From NCBI GenBank assembly GCA_964016885.1, contig CAXHJY010000738.1, positions 369,322 to 433,321 of the forward strand: DNA of 64,000 nt. The letters are read 5' to 3'. The position numbers and the translations under genes are program-made. A model generated the notes under the pieces. That model saw nothing but the letters and a program-made list of their open reading frames with translations, had not been told where the DNA came from and did no database searches. This document shows positions 46,916-61,900 of this stretch, piece after piece; positions within the stretch are counted from its first letter, which is position 1; every line of letters begins with the position of its first letter. The DNA is from Eledone cirrhosa. Taxonomy: Eukaryota.

Positions 46916-49900
46916 ACAGAAGGTATATTACAGTACACTAGGTATATTACAGTACAGTAGGTATATTACAGTACAGTAGATATATTACAGTAAAGTAGGT
47001 ATATTACAGTACGGTAGGTATATTACAGTACAGTAGATATATTACAGTACAGTAGGTATATTACAGTACAGTAGGTATATTACAGTACAGTAGATAGATT
47101 ACAGTACAGTATGTATATTACAGTACAGTAGGTATATTACAGTACAGTAGATAGATTACAGTACAGTATGTATATTACAGTACAGTAGGTATATTACAGT
47201 ACAGTAGATATATTACAGTACAGTAGATATATTACAGTACAGTAGGTATATTACAGTACAGTAGGTATATTACAGTACAGTAGGTATAATACAGTACAGT
47301 AGATATATTACAGTACAGTAGATATATTACAGTACAGTAGGTATATTACAGTACAGTAGGTATATTACAGTAGGTATAATACAGTACAGTAGATATATTA
47401 CAGTACAGTAGATATATTACAGTACAGTAGGTATATTACAGTACAGTAGGTATATTAGAGTACAGTAGATATATTACAGTACAGTAGGTATATTACAGTA
47501 CAGTAGGTATATTACAGTACAATATGTATATTACAGTACAGTAGGTATATTACAGTACAGTAGGTTTATTACAGTACAATAGGTATATTACAGTACAGTA
47601 GGTATATTACAGTACAGTAGTTATATTACAGTACAGTAGATATATTACTTTACAATAGATATATTACAATACAGTAGGTATATTACAGTACAGTAGGTAT
47701 GTTACAGTACAGTAGGTATATTACAGTACAGTAGGTATATTACAGTACAGTAGGTATATTACAGTACAGTAGGTATATTACAGTACAGAGGCTATATTAC
47801 AGTACAGTAGGTATATTACAGTACAGTAGATATATTACAGTACAGTAGGTATATTACAGTACAGTAGGTATATTACAGTACAGTAGATATATTACAGTAC
47901 AGTAGGTATATTACAGTACAGTAGATATATTACAGTACAGTAGTTATATTACAGTACAGTAGGTATATTACAGTACAGTAGGTATATTACAGTACAGTAG
48001 GTATATTACAGTACAGTAGGTATATTACAGTACAATAGGTATATTACAGTAGGTATAATACAGTACAGTAGATGTATTACCGTACAGTAGATATATTACA
48101 GTACAGTAGGTATATTACAGTACAGTAGGTATATTACAGTACAGTAGATATATTACAGTACAGTAGGTATATTACAGTACAGTAGATATATTACAGTACA
48201 GTAGATATATTACAGTACAGTAGGTATATTACAGTACAGTAGGTATATGACAGTACAGTAGGTATATTACAATACAGTAGGTATATTACAGTACAGTTGG
48301 TATATTACAGTACAGTAGGTATATTACAGTACAGTAGGTATATTACAGTACTGTAGATATATTACAGTACATTAGGTATATTACAGTACAGTACATATAT
48401 TACAGTACAGTAGATATATTACAGTACAGTAGGTATATTACAGTACAGTAGGTATATTACTGTACAGTAGATATATTACAGTACAGTAGATATATCACAG
48501 TACAGTAGGTATATTACAGTACAGTAGGTATATTACAGTACAGTAGATATATTACAGTACAGTAGTTATATTACAGTACAGTAGATATATTACAGTACAG
48601 TAGGTATATTACAGTACAGTAGATATATTACAGTACAGTAGATATATTACAGTACAGTAGGTATATTACAGTACAGTAGGTATATTACAGTACAGTAGAT
48701 ATAATACATCAATGTAGATATAATACAATACAGTAGGTATATTACAGTACAGTAGGTATATTACAGTACACTAGATATATTACAGTACAGTAGGTATATT
48801 ACAGTACAGTAGATATATTACAGTACAGTAGGTATATTACAGTACAGTAGATATATTACAGTACAGTAGGTATATTACAGTACACTATGTATATTACAGT
48901 ACAGTAGATAGATTACAGTACAGTAGATATATTACAGTACAGAAGATATATTACAGTACTGTAGGTTTATTACTGTACAGTAGATATATTACAGTACAGT
49001 AGGTATATTACAGTACATTAGGTATATTACAGTACAGTAGATATATTACAGTACAGTAGATATATAACAGTACAGTAGGTATATTACAGTACAGTAGGTA
49101 TATTACAGTACAGTAGGTATATTACAGTACAGTAGGTATATTACAGTACAGTAGGTATAATACAGTACAGTAGATATTTTACAGTACAGTAGTTATAATA
49201 CAGTACAGTAGGTATATTACAGTACAGTAGGTATATTACAGTACAGTAGGTATATTACAGTACAGTAGATATATTACAGTACAGTAGGTATATTACAGTA
49301 CAGTAGGTATATTACAGTACAGTAGGTATATTACAGTACAGTAGGTATATTACAGTACAGTAGATATATTACAGTACACTATGTATATTACAGTACAGTA
49401 GATATATTACAGTACAGTAGGTATATTACAGTACAGTAGGTATATTACAGTACAGTAGGTATATTACAGTACAGTAGATATATTACAGTACAGTAGGTAT
49501 ATTACAGTACAGTAGGTATATTACAGTACAGTAGATATATTACAGTACAGTAGGTATATTACAGTACAGTAGGTATATTACAGTACAGTAGGGATATTAC
49601 AGTACAGTAGGTATATTACAGTACAGTAGATATATTACAGTACAGTAGGTTTATTACAGTACAGTAGGTATATTACACTACAGTAGATATATTACAGTAC
49701 AGTAGGTATATTACAGTACAGTAGATATATTACAGTACAGTAGATATATTACAGTACAGTAGGTATATTACAGTACAGTAGCTATATTACAGTACAATAG
49801 GTATATTACAGTACAGTAGGTATATTACAGTACAGTAGGTATATTACAGTACACTATGTATATTACAGTACTGTAGGTATATTACAGTACAGTAGGTATA

Positions 49901-52900
49901 TTACAGTACATTAGATATATTACAGTACAGTAGGTATATTACAGTACAGTAGGTATATTACAGTACAGTAGGTATATTACAGTACAGTAGATATATTACA
50001 GTACAGTAGGCATATTACAGTACAGTAGATATATTACAGTACAGTAGATATATTACAGTACAGTAGGTATATTACAGTACAGTAGATATATTACAGTATA
50101 GTAGGTATATTACTGTACAGTAGGTATATTACAGTACAGTAGATATATTACAGTACAGTAGATATATTACAGGACAGTAGGTATATTACAGTACAGTAGG
50201 TATATTACAATACAGTAGATATATTACAGTACAGTAGATATATTACAGTACAGTAGGTATATTACAGTTCAGTAGGTATATTACAGTACAGTAGACATAT
50301 TACAGTACAGTAGATATATTACAGTACAGTAGATATATTACACTACAGTAGATATATTACAGTACAGTAGGTATATTACAGTACAATAGGTATATTACAG
50401 TACAGTATATATATTACAGTACAGTAGGTATATTACAGTACAGTAGATATATTACAGTACAGTAGATATATTACAGTACAGTAGGTATATTACAGTACAG
50501 TAGGTATATTACAGTACAGTAGGTATATTACAGTACAATAGGTATATTACAGTACAGTAGATATATTACAGTACAGTAGGTATATTACAGTACAGTAGGT
50601 ATATTACAGTACAGTAGATATATTACAGTACAGAAGGTATATTACAGTACAGTAGGTATATTACAGTACAGTAGGTATATTACAGTACAGTAGGTATATT
50701 ACAGTACAGTATGTATATTACAGTACAGTAGGTATATTACAGTACAGTAGATATATTACAGTACAGTAGCTATATTACAGTACAGTAGCTATATTACAGT
50801 ACAATAGGTATATTACAGTACAGTAGGTATATTACAGTACAGTAGGTATATTACAGTACAGTAGATATATTACAGTACAGTAGATATATTACAGTACAGT
50901 AGGTATATTACAGTACAGTAGGTATATTACAGTACAGTAGATATAATACATCAATGTAGATATAATACAATACAGTAGGTATATTACAGTACAGTAGGTA
51001 TATTACAGTACACTAGATATATTACAGTACAGTAGGTATATTACAGTACAGTAGATATATTACAGTACAGTAGGTATATTACAGTACAGTAGATATATTA
51101 CAGTACAGTAGGTATATTACAGTACACTATGTATATTACAGTACAGTAGATAGATTACAGTACAGTAGATATATTACAGTACAGAAGATATATTACAGTA
51201 CTGTAGGTTTATTACTGTACAGTAGATATATTACAGTACAGTAGGTATATTACAGTACATTAGGTATATTACAGTACAGTAGATATATTACAGTACAGTA
51301 GATATATAACAGTACAGTAGGTATATTACAGTACAGTAGGTATATTACAGTACAGTAGGTATATTACAGTACAGTAGGTATATTACAGTACAGTAGGTAT
51401 AATACAGTACAGTAGATATTTTACAGTACAGTAGTTATAATACAGTACAGTAGGTATATTACAGTACAGTAGGTATATTACAGTACAGTAGGTATATTAC
51501 AGTACAGTAGATATATTACAGTACAGTAGGTATATTACAGTACAGTAGGTATATTACAGTACAGTAGGTATATTACAGTACAGTAGGTATATTACAGTAC
51601 AGTAGATATATTACATTACAGTAGATATATTACAGTACAGTATGTATATTACAGTACAGTAGATATATTACAGTACAGTAGGTATATTACAGTACAGTAG
51701 GTATATTACAGTACAGTAGGTATATTACAGTACAGTAGATATATTACAGTACAGTAGGTATATTACAGTACAGTAGGTATATTACAGTACAGTAGATATA
51801 TTACAGTACAGTAGGTATATTACAGTACAGTAGGTATATTACAGTACAGTAGGGATATTACAGTACAGTAGGTATATTACAGTACACTAGATATATTACA
51901 GTACAGTAGGTTTATTACAGTACAGTAGGTATATTACACTACAGTAGATATATTACAGTACAGTAGGTATATTACAGTACAGTAGATATATTACAGTACA
52001 GTAGATATATTACAGTACAGTAGGTATATTACAGTACAGTAGCTATATTACAGTACAATAGGTATATTACAGTACAGTAGGTATATTACAGTACAGTAGG
52101 TATATTACAGTACACTATGTATATTACAGTACAGTAGGTATATTACAGTACAGTAGGTATATTACAGTACATTAGATATATTACAGTACAGTAGGTATAT
52201 TACAGTACAGTAGGTATATTACAGTACAGTAGGTATATTACAGTACAGTAGATATATTACAGTACAGTAGGCATATTACAGTACAGTAGATATATTACAG
52301 TACAGTAGATATATTACAGTACAGTAGGTATATTACAGTACAGTAGATATATTACAGTACAGTAGGTATATTACAGTACAGTAGGTATATTACAGTACAG
52401 TAGATATATTACAGTACAGTAGATATATTACAGGACAATAGGTATATTACAGTACAGTAGGTATATTACAATACAGTAGATATATTACAGTACAGTAGAT
52501 ATATTACAGTACAGTAGGTATATTACAGTTCAGTAGGTATATTACAGTACAGTAGACATATTACAGTACAGTAGATATATTACAGTACAGTAGATATATT
52601 ACACTACAGTAGATATATTACAGTACAGTAGGTATATTACAGTACAATAGGTATATTACAGTACAGTATATATATTACAGTACAGTAGGTATATTACAGT
52701 ACAGTAGATATATTACAGTACAGTAGATATATTACAGTACAGTAGGTATATTACAGTACAGTAGGTATATTACAGTACAGTAGGTATATTACAGTACAAT
52801 AGGTATATTACAGTACAGTAGATATATTACAGTACAGTAGGTATATTACAGTACAGTAGGTATATTACAGTACAGTAGATATATTACAGTACAGAAGGTA

Positions 52901-55900
52901 TATTACAGTACAGTAGGTATATTACAGTACAGTAGGTATATTACAGTACAGTAGGTATATTACAGTACAGTATGTATATTACAGAACAGTAGGTATATTA
53001 CAGTACAGTAGATATATTACAGTACAGTAGGTATATTACAGTACAGTAGCTATATTACAGTACAATAGGTATATTACAGTACAGTAGGTATATTACAGTA
53101 CAGTAGGTATATTACAGTACACTATGTATATTACAGTACAGTAGGTATATTACAGTACAGTAGGTATATTACAGTACAGTAGATATATTACAGTACAGTA
53201 GGTATATTACAGTACAGTAGGTATATTACAGTACAGTAGGTATATTACAGTACAGTAGATATATTACAGTACAGTAGGCATATTACAGTACAGTAGATAT
53301 ATCACAGTACAGTAGTTATATTACAGTACAGTAGGTATATTACAGTACAGTAGGTATATTACAGTACAGTAGGTATATTACAGTACAGTAGATATATTAC
53401 AGTACAGTAGGTATGTTACAGTACAGTAGGTATATTACAGTACAGTAGGTATATTACAGTACAGTAGGTATATTACAGTACAGTAGATATATTACAGTAC
53501 AGTAGGTATATTACAGTACAGTATGTATACTACAGTACAGTAGATATATTACAGTACAGTAGGTATATTGCAGTACAGTAGGTATTTTAGAGTACAGTAG
53601 GTATATTACAGTACAGTAGGTATATTACAGTACAGTAGGTATTACAGTAGGTATATTACAGTACAGTAGGTATATTACAGTACAGTATGTATATTACAGT
53701 ACACTAGATATATTACAGTACAGTAGGTATATTACAGTACAGTAGATATATTACAGTACAGTAGGTATAATACAGTACAGTAGGTATATTACAGTACAGT
53801 AGGTATATTACAGTACAGTAGGTATATTACAGTACAGTAGATATATTACAGTACAGTAATTATATTACACTACAGTAGATATATTACAGTACAGTAGATA
53901 TATTACAGTACAGTAGGTATATTACAGTACAGTAGGTATATTACAGTACATTAGGTATATTACAATACACTATGTATATTACAGTACGGTAGATAGATTA
54001 CAGTACAGTAGGTATATTACAGTACAGTAGATATATTACAGTACAGTAGGTATATTACAGTACAGAAGGTATATTACAGTACACTAGGTATATTACAGTA
54101 CAGTAGGTATATTACAGTACAGTAGATATATTACAGTAAAGTAGGTATATTACAGTACGGTAGGTATATTACAGTACAGTAGATATATTACAGTACAGTA
54201 GGTATATTACAGTACAGTAGGTATATTACAGTACAGTAGATAGATTACAGTACAGTATGTATATTACAGTACAGTAGGTATATTACAGTACAGTAGATAG
54301 ATTACAGTACAGTATGTATATTACAGTACAGTAGGTATATTACAGTACAGTAGATATATTACAGTACAGTAGATATATTACAGTACAGTAGGTATATTAC
54401 AGTACAGTAGGTATATTACAGTACAGTAGGTATAATACAGTACAGTAGATATATTACAGTACAGTAGATATATTACAGTACAGTAGGTATATTACAGTAC
54501 AGTAGGTATATTACAGTAGGTATAATACAGTACAGTAGATATATTACAGTACAGTAGATATATTACAGTACAGTAGGTATATTACAGTACAGTAGGTATA
54601 TTAGAGTACAGTAGATATATTACAGTACAGTAGGTATATTACAGTACAGTAGGTATATTACAGTACAATATGTATATTACAGTACAGTAGGTATATTACA
54701 GTACAGTAGGTTTATTACAGTACAATAGGTATATTACAGTACAGTAGGTATATTACAGTACAGTAGTTATATTACAGTACAGTAGATATATTACTTTACA
54801 ATAGATATATTACAATACAGTAGGTATATTACAGTACAGTAGGTATGTTACAGTACAGTAGGTATATTACAGTACAGTAGGTATATTACAGTACAGTAGG
54901 TATATTACAGTACAGTAGGTATATTACAGTACAGAGGCTATATTACAGTACAGTAGGTATATTACAGTACAGTAGATATATTACAGTACAGTAGGTATAT
55001 TACAGTACAGTAGATATATTACAGTGCATTAGATATATTACAGTACAGTAGGTATATTACAGTACAGTAGGTATATTACAGTACAGTAGGTATATTACAG
55101 TACAGTAGGTATATTACAGTACAGTAGGTATATTACAGTACAGTAGATATATTACAGTACAGTAGATATATTACAGTACACTAGGTATATTACAGTAGAG
55201 TAGGTATATTAGAGTACAGTAGGTATATTACAATACAGTAGGTATATTACAGTACAGTAGGTATATTACAGTACAGTAGGTATATTACAGTACACTAGGT
55301 ATATTACAGTACTGTAGATATATTACAGTACAGTAGGTATATTACAGTACAGTAGATATATTACAGTACAGTAGATATATTACAGTACAGTAGGTATATT
55401 ACAGTACAGTAGGTATATTACTGTACAGTAGATATATTACAGTACAGTAGATATATTACAGTACAGTAGATATATTACAGTACAGTAGATATATTACAGT
55501 ACAGTATGTATATTACAGTACAGTAGATATATTACAGTACAGTAGGTATATTAGAGTACAGTAGGTATATTACAGTACAGTAGGTATATTACAGTACAGT
55601 AGATATATTACAGTACAGTAGGTATATTACAGTACAGTAGGTATATTACAGTACAGTAGATATATTACAGTACATTAGGTATATTACAGTACAGTAGGTA
55701 TATTACAGTACAGTATGTATATTACAGTACAGTAGGTATATTACAGTACAGTAGGTATATTACAGTACAGTAGATATACTACAGTACAGTAGGTATATTA
55801 CAGTACAGTAGGTATATTACAGTACAGTAGATATATTACAGTACAGTAGATATATTACAGGACAGTAGGTATATTACAGTACAGTAGATATATTACAGTA

Positions 55901-58900
55901 CAGTAGGTATATTACAGTACAGTAGGTATATTACAGTACAGTAGATATATTACAGTACAGTAGATATATTACAGGACAGTAGGTATATTACAGTACAGTA
56001 GATATATTACAATACAGTAGATATATTACAGTACAGTAGATATATTACAGTACAGTAGGTATATTACAGTTCAGTAAATATATTACAGTACAGTAGATAT
56101 ATTACAGTACAGTAGATATATTACAGTACAGTAGATATATTACAGTACAGTAGGTATATTACAGTACAGTAGGTATATTACAGTACAGTATGTATATTAC
56201 AGTACAGTAGGTATATTACAGTACAGTAGATATATTACAGTACAGTAGATATATTACAGTACAGTAGGTATATTACAGTACAGTAGGTATATTACAGTAC
56301 AGTAGGTATAATACAGTACAGTAGGTATATTACAGTACAGTAGGTATATTACAGTACAGTAGGTATATTACAGTACAGTAGGTATATTACAGTACAGTAG
56401 ATATATTACAGTACAGTAGGTATATTACAGTACAGTAGATATATTACAGTACAGTAGTTATATTACAGTACAGTAGGTATATTACAGTACAGTAGGTATA
56501 TTACAGTACAGTAGGTATATTACAGTACAGTAGGTATATTACAGTACAATAGGTATATTACAGTAGGTATAATACAGTACAGTAGATGTATTACCGTACA
56601 GTAGATATATTACAGTACAGTAGGTATATTACAGTACAGTAGGTATATTACAGTACAGTAGATATATTACAGTACAGTAGGTATATTACAGTACAGTAGA
56701 TATATTACAGTACAGTAGATATATTACAGTACAGAAGGTATATTACAGTACAGTAGGTATATGACAGTACAGTAGGTATATTACAATACAGTAGGTATAT
56801 TACAGTACAGTAGGTATATTACAGTACAGTAGGTATATTACAGTACAGTAGGTATATTACAGTACTGTAGATATATTACAGTACATTAGGTATATTACAG
56901 TACAGTAGATATATTACAGTACAGTAGATATATTACAGTACAGTAGGTATATTACAGTACAGTAGGTATATTACTGTACAGTAGATATATTACAGTACAG
57001 TAGATATATCACAGTACAATAGGTATATTACAGTACAGTAGGTATATTACAGTACAGTAGATATATTACAGTACAGTAGTTATATTACAGTACAGTAGAT
57101 ATATTACAGTACAGTAGGTATATTACAGTACAGTAGATATATTACAGTACAGTAGATATATTACAGTACAGTAGGTATATTACAGTACAGTAGGTATATT
57201 ACAGTACAGTAGATATAATACATCAATGTAGATATAATACAATACAGTAGGTATATTACAGTACAGTAGGTATATTACAGTACACTAGATATATTACAGT
57301 ACAGTAGGTATATTACAGTACAGTAGATATATTACAGTACAGTAGGTATATTACAGTACAGTAGATATATTACAGTACAGTAGGTATATTACAGTACACT
57401 ATGTATATTACAGTACAGTAGATAGATTACAGTACAGTAGATATATTACAGTACAGAAGATATATTACAGTACTGTAGGTTTATTACTGTACAGTAGATA
57501 TATTACAGTACAGTAGGTATATTACAGTACAGTAGGTATATTACAGTACAGTAGATATAATACATCAATGTAGATATAATACAATACAGTAGGTATATTA
57601 CAGTACAGTAGGTATATTACAGTACATTAGGTATATTACAGTACAGTAGATATATTACAGTACAGTAGATATATAACAGTACAGTAGGTATATTACAGTA
57701 CAGTAGGTATATTACAGTACAGTAGGTATATTACAGTACAGTAGGTATATTACAGTACAGTAGGTATAATACAGTACAGTAGATATTTTACAGTACAGTA
57801 GTTATAATACAGTACAGTAGGTATATTACAGTACAGTAGGTATATTACAGTACAGTAGGTATATTACAGTACAGTAGATATATTACAGTACAGTAGGTAT
57901 ATTACAGTACAGTAGGTATATTACAGTACAGTAGGTATATTACAGTACAGTAGGTATATTACAGTACAGTAGATATATTACATTACAGTAGATATATTAC
58001 AGTACACTATGTATATTACAGTACAGTAGATATATTACAGTACAGTAGGTATATTACAGTACAGTAGGTATATTACAGTACAGTAGGTATATTACAGTAC
58101 AGTAGATATATTACAGTACAGTAGGTATATTACAGTACAGTAGGTATATTACAGTACAGTAGATATATTACAGTACAGTAGGTATATTACAGTACAGTAG
58201 GTATATTACAGTACAGTAGGGATATTACAGTACAGTAGGTATATTACAGTACAGTAGATATATTACAGTACAGTAGGTTTATTACAGTACAGTAGGTATA
58301 TTACACTACAGTAGATATATTACAGTACAGTAGGTATATTACAGTACAGTAGATATATTACAGTACAGTAGATATATTACAGTACAGTAGGTATATTACA
58401 GTACAGTAGCTATATTACAGTACAATAGGTATATTACAGTACAGTAGGTATATTACAGTACAGTAGGTATATTACAGTACACTATGTATATTACAGTACT
58501 GTAGGTATATTACAGTACAGTAGGTATATTACAGTACATTAGATATATTACAGTACAGTAGGTATATTACAGTACAGTAGGTATATTACAGTACAGTAGG
58601 TATATTACAGTACAGTAGATATATTACAGTACAGTAGGCATATTACAGTACAGTAGATATATTACAGTACAGTAGATATATTACAGTACAGTAGGTATAT
58701 TACAGTACAGTAGATATATTACAGTATAGTAGGTATATTACTGTACAGTAGGTATATTACAGTACAGTAGATATATTACAGTACAGTAGATATATTACAG
58801 GACAGTAGGTATATTACAGTACAGTAGGTATATTACAATACAGTAGATATATTACAGTACAGTAGATATATTACAGTACAGTAGGTATATTACAGTTCAG

Positions 58901-61900
58901 TAGGTATATTACAGTACAGTAGACATATTACAGTACAGTAGATATATTACAGTACAGTAGATATATTACACTACAGTAGATATATTACAGTACAGTAGGT
59001 ATATTACAGTACAATAGGTATATTACAGTACAGTATATATATTACAGTACAGTAGGTATATTACAGTACAGTAGATATATTACAGTACAGTAGATATATT
59101 ACAGTACAGTAGGTATATTACAGTACAGTAGGTATATTACAGTACAGTAGGTATATTACAGTACAATAGGTATATTACAGTACAGTAGATATATTACAGT
59201 ACAGTAGGTATATTACAGTACAGTAGGTATATTACAGTACAGTAGATATATTACAGTACAGAAGGTATATTACAGTACAGTAGGTATATTACAGTACAGT
59301 AGGTATATTACAGTACAGTAGGTATATTACAGTACACTAGATATATTACAGTACAGTAGGTATATTACAGTACAGTAGATATATTACAGTACAGTAGGTA
59401 TATTACAGTACAGTAGATATATTACAGTACAGTAGGTATATTACAGTACACTATGTATATTACAGTACAGTAGATAGATTACAGTACAGTAGATATATTA
59501 CAGTACAGAAGATATATTACAGTACTGTAGGTTTATTACTGTACAGTAGATATATTACAGTACAGTAGGTATATTACAGTACATTAGGTATATTACAGTA
59601 CAGTAGATATATTACAGTACAGTAGATATATAACAGTACAGTAGGTATATTACAGTACAGTAGGTATATTACAGTACAGTAGGTATATTACAGTACAGTA
59701 GGTATATTACAGTACAGTAGGTATAATACAGTACAGTAGATATTTTACAGTACAGTAGTTATAATACAGTACAGTAGGTATATTACAGTACAGTAGGTAT
59801 ATTACAGTACAGTAGGTATATTACAGTACAGTAGATATATTACAGTACAGTAGGTATATTACAGTACAGTAGGTATATTACAGTACAGTAGGTATATTAC
59901 AGTACAGTAGGTATATTACAGTACAGTAGATATATTACATTACAGTAGATATATTACAGTACAGTATGTATATTACAGTACAGTAGATATATTACAGTAC
60001 AGTAGGTATATTACAGTACAGTAGGTATATTACAGTACAGTAGGTATATTACAGTACAGTAGATATATTACAGTACAGTAGGTATATTACAGTACAGTAG
60101 GTATATTACAGTACAGTAGATATATTACAGTACAGTAGGTATATTACAGTACAGTAGGTATATTACAGTACAGTAGGGATATTACAGTACAGTAGGTATA
60201 TTACAGTACACTAGATATATTACAGTACAGTAGGTTTATTACAGTACAGTAGGTATATTACACTACAGTAGATATATTACAGTACAGTAGGTATATTACA
60301 GTACAGTAGATATATTACAGTACAGTAGATATATTACAGTACAGTAGGTATATTACAGTACAGTAGCTATATTACAGTACAATAGGTATATTACAGTACA
60401 GTAGGTATATTACAGTACAGTAGGTATATTACAGTACACTATGTATATTACAGTACAGTAGGTATATTACAGTACAGTAGGTATATTACAGTACATTAGA
60501 TATATTACAGTACAGTAGGTATATTACAGTACAGTAGGTATATTACAGTACAGTAGGTATATTACAGTACAGTAGATATATTACAGTACAGTAGGCATAT
60601 TACAGTACAGTAGATATATTACAGTACAGTAGATATATTACAGTACAGTAGGTATATTACAGTACAGTAGATATATTACAGTACAGTAGGTATATTACAG
60701 TACAGTAGGTATATTACAGTACAGTAGATATATTACAGTACAGTAGATATATTACAGGACAATAGGTATATTACAGTACAGTAGGTATATTACAATACAG
60801 TAGATATATTACAGTACAGTAGATATATTACAGTACAGTAGGTATATTACAGTTCAGTAGGTATATTACAGTACAGTAGACATATTACAGTACAGTAGAT
60901 ATATTACAGTACAGTAGATATATTACACTACAGTAGATATATTACAGTACAGTAGGTATATTACAGTACAATAGGTATATTACAGTACAGTATATATATT
61001 ACAGTACAGTAGGTATATTACAGTACAGTAGATATATTACAGTACAGTAGATATATTACAGTACAGTAGGTATATTACAGTACAGTAGGTATATTACAGT
61101 ACAGTAGGTATATTACAGTACAATAGGTATATTACAGTACAGTAGATATATTACAGTACAGTAGGTATATTACAGTACAGTAGGTATATTACAGTACAGT
61201 AGATATATTACAGTACAGAAGGTATATTACAGTACAGTAGGTATATTACAGTACAGTAGGTATATTACAGTACAGTAGGTATATTACAGTACAGTATGTA
61301 TATTACAGAACAGTAGGTATATTACAGTACAGTAGATATATTACAGTACAGTAGGTATATTACAGTACAGTAGCTATATTACAGTACAATAGGTATATTA
61401 CAGTACAGTAGGTATATTACAGTACAGTAGGTATATTACAGTACACTATGTATATTACAGTACAGTAGGTATATTACAGTACAGTAGGTATATTACAGTA
61501 CAGTAGATATATTACAGTACAGTAGGTATATTACAGTACAGTAGGTATATTACAGTACAGTAGGTATATTACAGTACAGTAGATATATTACAGTACAGTA
61601 GGCATATTACAGTACAGTAGATATATTACAGTACAGTAGTTATATTACAGTACAGTAGGTATATTACAGTACAGTAGGTATATTACAGTACAGTAGGTAT
61701 ATTACAGTACAGTAGATATATTACAGTACAGTAGGTATGTTACAGTACAGTAGGTATATTACAGTACAGTAGGTATATTACAGTACAGTAGGTATATTAC
61801 AGTACAGTAGATATATTACAGTACAGTAGGTATATTACAGTACAGTATGTATACTACAGTACAGTAGATATATTACAGTACAGTAGGTATATTGCAGTAC

